A DNA stretch of 64,000 nt from an uncultured bacterium (lineage in GTDB: Bacteria; Fidelibacterota; Marinisomatia; Marinisomatales; JACNKV01), in NCBI GenBank assembly GCA_964422145.1, contig CAYQZV010000009.1, forward strand, positions 6,264 to 70,263, written 5' to 3'. The notes under the pieces were generated by a model. The model was not told the origin of the DNA. It saw nothing but the letters and a program-made list of their open reading frames with translations, and did not search any database. Position numbers and translations under genes: made by a program. Within the stretch, counting starts at the first letter, position 1, and each line of letters begins with the position of its first letter. Below are positions 40,610-49,247 of the stretch, one piece after another.

Positions 40610-41381
40610 GCCTGTTCACAGCGCATTATCATCTGTTTATACTCACCTCCAAACCATTGTTGAGGAGAAAGGGGCTGGGTATATTGTATTAATTGACCCG
40701 GATAAAAAGAACGATCATCGGATTGAATCACAAGTTGATGCAGTAAACGAATCCGGGGCGGATGTTATTTTTGTCGGCGGCAGTTTGATGATGGATGGTC
40801 AATTTCATGACAGGATTGCCACCATTAAACAAAGGTCAAATGTGCCGGTTGTCTTTTTCCCGGGGAACTCCAATCAGTTAAACAAACATGTGGATGCGAT
40901 TTTGTTTATGTCATTGGTCTCCGGTAGGAATCCTCAGTATTTGATTGGTGAACAAGTGATTGCCGCCCCCGTTGTAAAAGACCTTGGGATAGAAACGCTA
41001 CCCACCGGATATATTTTGATCGACGGCGGAAAAACAACAACCGTTGAATTTATGAGCGGTACAGTACCCATCCCGGCTGATCGGTCGGATGTATGTGTCG
41101 CCCACGCGTTGGCTGCACAATATCTTGGGATGTCACTCATTTATCTGGAAGCGGGAAGCGGTGCGCAAAATCCGATACCGACTGAATTGATTCAAGCGGT
41201 TTCCGGTCAAATTGATATTCCGATGATTGTTGGCGGCGGTATTCGCACACCTGAAGATGCCCATGATCGTGTCAAAGCAGGTGCTTCTTTTATTGTCACC
41301 GGAACGATTACCGAAGAATCTGATGACAACCAATTGATGTGTCAATTTTCTCAAGCGATCCATTGGAAGGAGAATGCATGA
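40602..41381 (+). CDS. geranylgeranylglyceryl/heptaprenylglyceryl phosphate synthase family protein (GGGPS/PcrB-like)
   Basis: TIM-barrel family motifs LIDPDKK, VGGS, YLEAGSGA and VGGGIRTPEDA. The only in-frame start is TTG 40602, which overlaps gcvH by 8 nt. Confidence 0.8.
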   Translation: MSKPVHSALSSVYTHLQTIVEEKGAGYIVLIDPDKKNDHRIESQVDAVNESGADVIFVGGSLMMDGQFHDRIATIKQRSNVPVVFFPGNSNQLNKHVDAILFMSLVSGRNPQYLIGEQVIAAPVVKDLGIETLPTGYILIDGGKTTTVEFMSGTVPIPADRSDVCVAHALAAQYLGMSLIYLEAGSGAQNPIPTELIQAVSGQIDIPMIVGGGIRTPEDAHDRVKAGASFIVTGTITEESDDNQLMCQFSQAIHWKENA

Positions 41382-41956
41382 GTTTTACTTTGAACATTCA
41401 TCAACAATTATCTGAATCATCAACGGTAAAAAATGAGATGATTTCTACGTGTTCAGACGATATTGCACGTGCTGCTGATATTTGCATAGCCGCATTAAAA
41501 GACGGCAATAAAATTTTATTTTGTGGTAACGGCGGGTCTGCTGCAGATGCCCAGCATTTAGCCGCTGAACTGATGGGCGGTCTCCGAATTCATCAGCGTA
41601 AACCCATATCCGCTGTTGCGTTGACAACCGACTCCAGTTTCTTAACCGCGTGGACAAATGATGCGAATTATGATTCAATTTTCTCACGGCAAGTTGAAGG
41701 TTTGGGATGTGAGGGAGATGTGCTAATTGCCATATCCACAAGCGGGAAGTCTATGAATGTGATTGAAGCCGTAAAAACAGCAAAAAACTTGAACATGAAG
41801 GTCGTTGTGTTGATGGGTAACACCGACACAGAATTGATGAAACTGGGTGATGCCGTTATTCAAATTCCATCAAGTGATACACAGAGAATCCAGGAAGGGC
41901 ATATCACTGCCGGTCACATCCTTTGCGATATCATTGAGCAGGAATTACAGATTTAG
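41378..41956 (+). CDS. gmhA: SIS-domain phosphoheptose isomerase (GmhA/DiaA family)
   Basis: CGNGGSAADAQHLAAEL and AISTSGKSMNVI motifs. ATG 41378 is preceded by GGAAGGAG and overlaps the upstream stop (ATGA). Confidence 0.8.
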   Translation: MSFTLNIHQQLSESSTVKNEMISTCSDDIARAADICIAALKDGNKILFCGNGGSAADAQHLAAELMGGLRIHQRKPISAVALTTDSSFLTAWTNDANYDSIFSRQVEGLGCEGDVLIAISTSGKSMNVIEAVKTAKNLNMKVVVLMGNTDTELMKLGDAVIQIPSSDTQRIQEGHITAGHILCDIIEQELQI

Positions 41957-41973
41957 TTAAGTTTATCGAACCG

Positions 41974-42867
41974 ATGGAAACGTATCTCAAAGACTACTTT
42001 ATGATGCTGCGTATCGAAAAAAATTTATCGCCCAATACGATTCAATCTTACCGCAGGGATATCAACCGCTATATCACATTTTTATCAGAAGAAGAGTCGG
42101 TTGCTGACTTAAACGATATTCGGCAAAAACAGATTCGCGGTTTTTTCAGAAAATTAAAAGAAATACATTTATCACCTGCAAGCATTTCCCGCACTTTTTC
42201 GGCAGTGCGATCTTATCATACGTTTTTATCTGAAGAAAATTATCTCAAACAAAATCCATCATTAATGCTGGATGCACCAAAACTTCCGCAGAAACTTCCT
42301 GAAGTATTGTCCGTTGAAGAAGTTGAGAATATATTATCAGCGGTAGATTGCACAACGGATCTCGGGAAACGTGATCACGCTGCATTGGAGATTCTCTACT
42401 CCTGCGGATTGAGAGTGAGTGAACTTTGCGAGCTGTCTTTACAGGATCTTCTCATTGATTTTAATATGATACGCGTGATCGGTAAAGGGCGAAAAGAACG
42501 ATTAGTCCCGTTTGGTCCGGTTGCCAATGACAGCCTGAATATTTATCTGACTCATGTCCGTCCCGGTTTTGCCCGAAAAGGAAGCAATACCGGTAAAGTG
42601 TTTCTAAGCCGGAACGGAAATCCGTTGACTCGTGCAATGGTCAATATCGTTTTGAAAAAATGGGCTGAAACCGGCGGGATCAAGAAAAAAGTCAGTCCGC
42701 ACACTTTCCGACACTCATTTGCGACGCATTTACTCGAAGGTGGAGCAGATTTGCGGAGCGTTCAGGAGATGTTAGGACATACCGATATTTCCACGACGCA
42801 GATTTATACTCATTTGGATCGTGAACATTTAAAAGAAGTACACCGTACTTTCCATCCGAGGGCTTAA
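41974..42867 (+). CDS. xerD: site-specific tyrosine recombinase XerD/XerC
   Basis: N-terminal SAM-like domain (LRIEKNLSPNTIQSYRRDI) and a catalytic C-terminus HTFRHSFATHLLEGGADLRSVQEMLGHTDISTTQIYTHL. Confidence 0.85.
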   Translation: METYLKDYFMMLRIEKNLSPNTIQSYRRDINRYITFLSEEESVADLNDIRQKQIRGFFRKLKEIHLSPASISRTFSAVRSYHTFLSEENYLKQNPSLMLDAPKLPQKLPEVLSVEEVENILSAVDCTTDLGKRDHAALEILYSCGLRVSELCELSLQDLLIDFNMIRVIGKGRKERLVPFGPVANDSLNIYLTHVRPGFARKGSNTGKVFLSRNGNPLTRAMVNIVLKKWAETGGIKKKVSPHTFRHSFATHLLEGGADLRSVQEMLGHTDISTTQIYTHLDREHLKEVHRTFHPRA

Positions 42868-42868
42868 G

Positions 42869-43504
42869 ATGTTATTCAGACTACCGTTCGACGTCCTGAT
42901 TTTGCTGATCCCGACCTTGTTATTTGCATTGGTGTTTCATGAATTCTCTCATGCTTATATCGCGTACAGACTCGGAGATCGTACTGCTGCGTATCAAGGT
43001 CGTTTAACTCTGAATCCGATAGCACATTTAGATCCGTTTGGATCTCTGATGATCTTGTTTGTCGGATTTGGCTGGGCAAAACCCGTCCCGGTTGATGCAC
43101 GAAACTTATACAATCCTCGGCGGGATATCATGTACATCGCCTTTGCCGGACCTGCCTCTAATTTGCTCCTCGGACTCATAGGCGGACTTTTATTCCGATT
43201 CTTGGGAGAAGCCGGGTTACTTAATCAAGCAATGGGCACTATGCTGTATCTGTTCATTCGGATCAACATTACATTGGCAGTATTTAATATGATCCCGTTA
43301 CCGCCGCTGGACGGATCACAAATATTTTCAGGGATGATGATGCGCAGGAACCCGCAGCTTGTCATGAATTTACAAATGTATGGTCCTAAAATATTATTCG
43401 GAGCAATTTTATTGGGTTACTTTTTTCAAATCCCGATTCTTTGGTGGATCATGGAACCGTTTGTCAATTTGTTCTTACTCCTGTTTGCAGGGATATCAGC
43501 ATGA
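42869..43504 (+). CDS. site-2 protease family (peptidase M50) membrane metalloprotease
   Basis: HEFSHA (HExxH) lies within a TM helix, with a later NMIPLPPLDGS motif. Confidence 0.8.
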   Translation: MLFRLPFDVLILLIPTLLFALVFHEFSHAYIAYRLGDRTAAYQGRLTLNPIAHLDPFGSLMILFVGFGWAKPVPVDARNLYNPRRDIMYIAFAGPASNLLLGLIGGLLFRFLGEAGLLNQAMGTMLYLFIRINITLAVFNMIPLPPLDGSQIFSGMMMRRNPQLVMNLQMYGPKILFGAILLGYFFQIPILWWIMEPFVNLFLLLFAGISA

Positions 43505-43635
43505 ATAGGGACATGAAATTTCGAAGATTATCTTCACATCCGAGAAAAACAAGATCAGCTATTTGGCTGACGATTATGGTTATTATCGTGATTTGGGCTA
43601 TTTTCTATTTAAAGCAAATTGCGACAACAGGATAA
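43501..43635 (+). CDS. hypothetical small single-pass membrane protein (44 aa)
   Basis: ATGA overlap with the S2P stop. A basic N-terminus is followed by one hydrophobic helix (AIWLTIMVIIVIWAIFYL). I recognise no homology. Confidence 0.35.
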   Translation: MNRDMKFRRLSSHPRKTRSAIWLTIMVIIVIWAIFYLKQIATTG

Positions 43636-43655
43636 AACATTATTAAAGGAAAATT

Positions 43656-45494
43656 ATGATGACTTTAGTTGAATGCGTTCCCAATTTTAGTGAAGGGAAT
43701 GATCTAAGTAAAATTGATCAAATAACCAAAGCGATCCAATCGGTGGACGGAATCACTTTACTCGATGTTGATCCGGGGCAGGATACAAACCGAACCGTTG
43801 TCACATTTGTTGGTTCTGTCGAAGCGGTTGAAGAAGCTGCATTCCTCGGAATCAAAACTGCTTCTGAAGTGATTGATATGCGCGTCCAAAAAGGAACTCA
43901 TCCCAGAATGGGAGCAACGGATGTATGCCCGTTTGTTCCAGTGAGCGGCGTAACCATTGAAGATTGCGTTGATCTGTCAAAGCGGGTCGGCAAACGAATC
44001 GGTGAAGAACTTGAAATTCCGATTTATCTGTATGAACATTCTGCACAAAAACCGGAATGGAAAAAACTCCCGAATATCCGTGTGGGAGAATATGAAGCGT
44101 TACCAGAGAAACTGCAAAAACCGGAATGGAAACCGGATTTTGGTCCTGCGAAGTTTAATGCAGGTGCCGGTGCAACCGTGATGGGATGCCGTGAATTCTT
44201 AATTGCGTACAATATTAATTTGAATTCCAAAGATACCCGAATTGCAACAGACATTGCGTTTGAGTTGCGAGAAAAGGGAAGAAGTATGCGCAAACCGCAT
44301 CCGGTATCAACGAACCTTTTGGATGGTGATATCATTCGGTACAAAGACGGTGCCTATCCCTGCAGTTATTGTGATGAAGTGTTTTCAACGACTAAAGAGT
44401 TGATTCAACACAGCAGTGATGTCCATGATTTTGATATTAAATCCTGGTGGAAATCCAACGGACAAAAAGAGAATGCGTTGAATAAAAAGCCGGTAAAACG
44501 TCCGGGATGTTTTAAAGATATTAAAGGGATGGGCTGGTATGTGGATTCATTTAACCGCGCTCAAATTTCAATTAATTTCAATGACTATAAATCATCCACT
44601 ATTCACGATGTGTTTGATAAAGCTTGTGAACTAGCCGTCGAACGAGGTGCTAGAATAACAGGAAGTGAATTGGTTGGACTGATTCCGTTAGAAGCATTAT
44701 TAATGGCCGGACGTCATTATCTGAAAAAACAGAATCGTACTACGGGTGTATCCAATGATGTTCTAGTTGAAACGGCTGTTCAGTCTCTGGGATTGAATGA
44801 TGTAGCTCTATTTAATCCGAAAGATAAGATTATTGACTATGCTGTTCGGGAAGAAGGGCAAGGACTGGTTGCCATGACGGTGACAGATTTTGTCGAAGAG
44901 TTGGCTTCAAACAGTGCTGCTCCGGGCGGTGGAAGCGTCTCCGCATTAGCAGCAAGTTTAGGTGCCGGACTCACATCAATGGTAGCCGCTTTGAGCCATG
45001 AGAAAAAAGGATTCTTCGATAAAAAACCGTTAATGGAAACTGTCGGTGAAGAAGCACAAAGCATAAAGAACAGGCTTATGTTTTTAGTCGATGAAGATAC
45101 CAATGCATTCAATAAAGTCATGGAAGCAAATCGACTCTCAGCCACAACTCAAGAAGAGATTGATACCAAAGAAGAAGCGGTTATGAACGCGAATAAATAT
45201 GCGATTGATGTCCCGTGGGAGACCACAAAACTTTCTTACCGCGTGATGGAACTCGCCTTGCAGATGGTTGAAGAAGGGAATCCAAATTCGGTCAGTGATG
45301 CTGGCGTTGCGGGTGAAGTTGGATTGGCTGCCGTTCACGGTGCCGGAATGAATGTGCTGATCAATTTACCGAGTGTTTCAGATGATATCGAATATGTTGA
45401 CGAAATGAAATCAAAAGTGGACTCCATTTGGAAGGATGCTGAATCCCTTCAGAAAAAAATCTTTGACGCAACCCTTCAGGTTATTTCAAACTAG
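43656..45494 (+). CDS. ftcD: bifunctional glutamate formimidoyltransferase / formimidoyltetrahydrofolate cyclodeaminase, with an internal C2H2-type insertion
   Basis: N-terminal LVECVPNFSEG and HPRMGATDVCPF (transferase), then a C-terminal AAPGGGSVSALAASLGAGL cyclodeaminase domain. At 612 aa it is ~70 aa longer than the mammalian enzyme as I remember it. Confidence 0.85.
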   Translation: MMTLVECVPNFSEGNDLSKIDQITKAIQSVDGITLLDVDPGQDTNRTVVTFVGSVEAVEEAAFLGIKTASEVIDMRVQKGTHPRMGATDVCPFVPVSGVTIEDCVDLSKRVGKRIGEELEIPIYLYEHSAQKPEWKKLPNIRVGEYEALPEKLQKPEWKPDFGPAKFNAGAGATVMGCREFLIAYNINLNSKDTRIATDIAFELREKGRSMRKPHPVSTNLLDGDIIRYKDGAYPCSYCDEVFSTTKELIQHSSDVHDFDIKSWWKSNGQKENALNKKPVKRPGCFKDIKGMGWYVDSFNRAQISINFNDYKSSTIHDVFDKACELAVERGARITGSELVGLIPLEALLMAGRHYLKKQNRTTGVSNDVLVETAVQSLGLNDVALFNPKDKIIDYAVREEGQGLVAMTVTDFVEELASNSAAPGGGSVSALAASLGAGLTSMVAALSHEKKGFFDKKPLMETVGEEAQSIKNRLMFLVDEDTNAFNKVMEANRLSATTQEEIDTKEEAVMNANKYAIDVPWETTKLSYRVMELALQMVEEGNPNSVSDAGVAGEVGLAAVHGAGMNVLINLPSVSDDIEYVDEMKSKVDSIWKDAESLQKKIFDATLQVISN

Positions 45495-45509
45495 CATTGA
45501 TACTCTTTC

Positions 45510-47252
45510 ATGATTAAACCATTATCAGAAGATCTCCGAAATAAAATATCCGCCGGCGAAGTCGTAGAGCGCCCGGCATCTGCTGTTAAAGAATTGGTGG
45601 AAAACAGTTTGGATGCCCAAGCAACCGAAATCGTGATTGTCGTTGAATCCGGCGGGCAGAGACTGATTCAAATCACTGATAATGGAGTTGGGATCTCTGC
45701 TGAAGATCTTCCCAAAGCGGTTGAACGATTTACGACGAGTAAAATTGAAAACATTGAAGATCTGTTCACAATAGACACGTTGGGATTCAGAGGTGAAGCC
45801 TTAGCCAGTATCGCGTCTGTATCAGAGATGGATATTGTTTCATCCATTACCGGAAATGAAGGCGTAGAGATACACGTGCGAAACGGAATTGCATCCGAGG
45901 TAAAACCGGCCCCTGCGATTCAGGGGACTCAAATTACTATTCGCAATCTGTTTTACAACACACCGGCGAGACGGAAGTTTATGAAATCACCGCGGGTTGA
46001 ATTGCGGCAAATCGTGATGATGGTCAAACGGCTTGCTTTGGCTTATCCTGAAGTGGCTATGACGTTGATCGCCGATCATAAAAATATTTTGTCGGTTACA
46101 CCGGAATCTTTGGAAGAGCGAATCGTTTCGCTGTTTGATCCGACTTATCGTGATCAACTTTTACCGATTCACGTTGAAAAAGGGAATTATGCTTTTTCCG
46201 GTTTTGTCGGAAATTTAAACTTGATCCGTTCGCGCCCCGGGGAACAGTATGTATTTCTCAACCGACGGTTCATTAAAGACAGACTTTTGAATTCCGCTGT
46301 GTATTCTGGTTATCAATCCTTGACACGAAGGGGAGAATTTCCATTCTTTGTGCTGAATTTATCCGTACCAACTGATCAAGTTGATGTCAATGTTCATCCA
46401 ATGAAAACAGAAGTGCGGTTCAAGGATGAATGGAGAATCTATCATGTGCTGAAATCGGGTGTGACAGATTCATTGACGGATGTATTGGATACAATCCCTT
46501 ATTTTGAAAAACCGGTATCTTATTCGGATTCAAACATACCCTCAGACCAATCCGACCCCGGAAAACAAACAGGAATTTTCTTTGATCGGAATATCCCTGA
46601 GCCAAGTCAGTCGTCAAATAATCTCGAAAGGGCAAAAACGTATGCATCCAAATTGGCTGAGCGGCAAGATGCCCCGGGATTAATTGATATGGGGAATATT
46701 TGGCAAGTGCATTCCAAATATATTGTTTCACAGGTGAGTAGCGGTTTAGTGATTATCGATCAGCATGTTGCGCATGAGCGTATCTTATTTGAAGAAGCAA
46801 TGAATGCATTTGATCAAACACCCATGCCGTCTCAAACATTGCTGTTCCCGGAGAAGCTTGAGTTTTCTCCGGACGAATACACCACATTATTGGATGTCCT
46901 GCCCTATCTTGAAAAAATCGGCTTTAGAATGAAGGAAGCCGGAAGCCATGCTGTGAGCGTGACAGCTATCCCGTCGGATATGGGATGGGGGAATGAGCGT
47001 CGGGTAATCAAAGATATTTTGGATTACTATCTCAGCCATCAAAAAGAATACAGTTCACTTCAGGAAAATCTTGCTGCATCATTTGCTTGTAAGGCAGCCA
47101 TCAAAGCCGGCGATTCATTGACGGTTGAAGAGATGCAGACATTAGTCAGCAGGTTATTTGCGACGAAACATCCGTATTATTGCCCGCACGGCAGGCCAAT
47201 CATTGTACGGCTTACATTGGATGAGCTGGATAAACGATTTGAAAGATCCTGA
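45510..47252 (+). CDS. mutL: DNA mismatch repair endonuclease MutL
   Basis: GHKL ATPase motifs (VVERPASAVKELVENSLDA, GFRGEAL), the endonuclease motif DQHVAHERILFEE and a C-terminal CPHGRP. Confidence 0.95.
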   Translation: MIKPLSEDLRNKISAGEVVERPASAVKELVENSLDAQATEIVIVVESGGQRLIQITDNGVGISAEDLPKAVERFTTSKIENIEDLFTIDTLGFRGEALASIASVSEMDIVSSITGNEGVEIHVRNGIASEVKPAPAIQGTQITIRNLFYNTPARRKFMKSPRVELRQIVMMVKRLALAYPEVAMTLIADHKNILSVTPESLEERIVSLFDPTYRDQLLPIHVEKGNYAFSGFVGNLNLIRSRPGEQYVFLNRRFIKDRLLNSAVYSGYQSLTRRGEFPFFVLNLSVPTDQVDVNVHPMKTEVRFKDEWRIYHVLKSGVTDSLTDVLDTIPYFEKPVSYSDSNIPSDQSDPGKQTGIFFDRNIPEPSQSSNNLERAKTYASKLAERQDAPGLIDMGNIWQVHSKYIVSQVSSGLVIIDQHVAHERILFEEAMNAFDQTPMPSQTLLFPEKLEFSPDEYTTLLDVLPYLEKIGFRMKEAGSHAVSVTAIPSDMGWGNERRVIKDILDYYLSHQKEYSSLQENLAASFACKAAIKAGDSLTVEEMQTLVSRLFATKHPYYCPHGRPIIVRLTLDELDKRFERS

Positions 47253-47261
47253 TTTAAGAAT

Positions 47262-47291
47262 AAAAAAAGCCCCGATATCGGGGCTTTTTTA
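47262..47291. terminator. bidirectional rho-independent terminator between mutL (+) and the RRM gene (-)
   Basis: AAAAAAAGCCCCGAT-ATCGGGGCTTTTTTAT: a GC-rich perfect hairpin flanked by an A-run and a T-run, so it can work on both strands. Confidence 0.85.
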
Positions 47292-47307
47292 TTGAACCTA
47301 ATTTTTA

Positions 47308-47580
47308 TTAGTAACGGGGCTTCCTTTCAGGACGATCCTTACGAGGATAAGCTTCGTTGATTTTCAACGGTCTCCCGTCAATTTCTTTTCCATTTAGTTC
47401 ATTGATTGCTTTTTCACCATCTGCTTTTTCTGTCATTTCAACAAACCCGAAGCCCTTTGATCGTCCGGAGTATTTATCCGTGATAATCTGTGCTCTGGTG
47501 ACTTCACCGTATTCTGCAAATAGATCGTTTAATTCCTGTTCACTTATTTTGAAAGGAAGGTTTCCAACATATATGTTCAT
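47308..47580 (-). CDS. RNA-binding protein with a single RRM (RNP-1/RNP-2) domain
   Basis: RNP-2 NIYVGNL and RNP-1 KGFGFVEM, with a short basic C-terminal tail. 90 aa. Confidence 0.9.
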   Translation of the reverse strand: MNIYVGNLPFKISEQELNDLFAEYGEVTRAQIITDKYSGRSKGFGFVEMTEKADGEKAINELNGKEIDGRPLKINEAYPRKDRPERKPRY

Positions 47581-47795
47581 TTCTTACCTGTGATTTATTA
47601 ACTAAAAGACCAAATGATAATATATCTTACCACAATGTCCGGCTGAGTTTACGGAGTAAATTGACATAAACCACATAATTTTTCATCTAATCTTAAAATA
47701 TTTTTATTGCCATTATTGTACATATTTTGATATCATCGTATAAAGGACATTTAACATTTTCCATTTAACAATATCGATGTAATTTCCTGATATCT

Positions 47796-49208
47796 ATGCT
47801 TCGCTTATTAAATCAATATACATCAAACGTTATCTACGGATTTACACGTTCCCGTTGGCTGATTATCACTGCGATGATCGGGATGATATTATTTTTACTG
47901 CCGACCCCTGATGGATTAACCGTCGATGGATATCGGACGATCATCATAATTATCCTTGCGTTGATCTTGATTGTCACTGAGCCCATTCCGTTGCCCGGTA
48001 TTGCCTTACTGATCATCATTCTTCAGGTGTATTTCGGAATCGCCGACGCCAATCATGTTGCCCATTCTTTTATGAACGACGCAGTCTTTTTTATCATGGG
48101 ATCATTAATGCTGGCTGTCGCAATTGTTCAGCAGGGATGGGATGCCCGCATTGCGTTAGGTATTATTCGATTAACCGGGAACAGTACGCTGAAGATATCA
48201 TTCGGTTTCGCTGTAATTTCCGCATTGCTTTCGTCGTTTATCGGAGAGCATACCGTCGCCGCCATGATGCTGCCGATCGGTATGACGTTGATTCGCTATA
48301 CCTCTGATGATAAAACAAAAGTGAGAAAGCTGGCAGCGTTATTGTTGTTTTCCATCGCGTACGGAAGTCTGATCGGATCAATCGGTACACCGTCAGGTGG
48401 CGGACGGAATGCGATTATGATGATCTACTGGAAAGAATTTGGATTTGCACCCATTTCGTATGGAAAATGGATGTTGATGGTTTATCCGCTTCTTTTATTA
48501 CAGCTCCCGATCTTAACTTGGATATTGTGGAAAAGTTTTCGCCCGGAATATGTTTTCTTGGACAGCGGGATCAGAAAAATAAAAGTCAGGGTGGCTCGTT
48601 CAGGGATGATCCAACCCAAACAATATGTGGCTGTATTTCTGTTTTTTCTTATCTTTTTAGGCTGGGTATTTTTATCCGAAACTGTGGGACTGGGAATTAT
48701 TGCCCTGTCCGGGGTTGTATTATATTTGATCACCGGATTGGCGAAGTGGGATGATATGAGTAAACACGTAAATTGGGGCGTTGTGATCTTGTTTGGAGCG
48801 TCTATATCCCTGGGAACACTCGTAAATGAAACAGGAGCGGCAAAATGGATTGCAAGCCGGGTTTTTGATTCCTTAGGTGCCTTTGTGAATTCCGGTCCGA
48901 TTTTGACAGATGCCGTTGTTGTTTTGATGACGACGGCTTTAGCGAATATTTTATCCAGCTCTGCGACGGTGGCGGTTCTAGCTCCAATTACATTGAACCT
49001 GCCGGGTGATACAATCCATATCGGGTTGATTACGGCCATCTCCTCAGCATTTGGATATTTCACCGCGGTGGCCGCTCCGGCCTGTACGATTGTCTATGCC
49101 AGCGGAATGATCAAGGCAAAAGATTTTCTTAAAGCCGGGTGGAAAACCGGCATCATTTCTGTCATACTGGTATTGATATACGCCAATGTATTTTGGAAAT
49201 TGTTTTAA
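47796..49208 (+). CDS. ion-transporter-superfamily anion permease (SLC13/DASS or ArsB/NhaD-like)
   Basis: About 12 hydrophobic segments, with paired hairpin-like motifs (GSIGTPSGGGRNAIMM and LSSSATVAVLAPI). 470 aa. Confidence 0.6.
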   Translation: MLRLLNQYTSNVIYGFTRSRWLIITAMIGMILFLLPTPDGLTVDGYRTIIIIILALILIVTEPIPLPGIALLIIILQVYFGIADANHVAHSFMNDAVFFIMGSLMLAVAIVQQGWDARIALGIIRLTGNSTLKISFGFAVISALLSSFIGEHTVAAMMLPIGMTLIRYTSDDKTKVRKLAALLLFSIAYGSLIGSIGTPSGGGRNAIMMIYWKEFGFAPISYGKWMLMVYPLLLLQLPILTWILWKSFRPEYVFLDSGIRKIKVRVARSGMIQPKQYVAVFLFFLIFLGWVFLSETVGLGIIALSGVVLYLITGLAKWDDMSKHVNWGVVILFGASISLGTLVNETGAAKWIASRVFDSLGAFVNSGPILTDAVVVLMTTALANILSSSATVAVLAPITLNLPGDTIHIGLITAISSAFGYFTAVAAPACTIVYASGMIKAKDFLKAGWKTGIISVILVLIYANVFWKLF

Positions 49209-49247
49209 TGAGACTAACATTCAAGATTTTGTCATAGGAATACAAAA

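Noticed and set aside
41974-42867. Tyrosine recombinase as a possible marker of an integrated mobile element
   Set aside because: Its XerD-type N-terminal and catalytic motifs are those of the chromosome-dimer resolvase. Both flanks are housekeeping genes. I found no att-like direct repeats, tRNA target, or phage or transposon genes nearby.
48482-49063. 193-aa ORF antisense to the anion permease gene
   Set aside because: It is fully nested opposite a membrane-protein gene with biased codons, and it has no independent signals.
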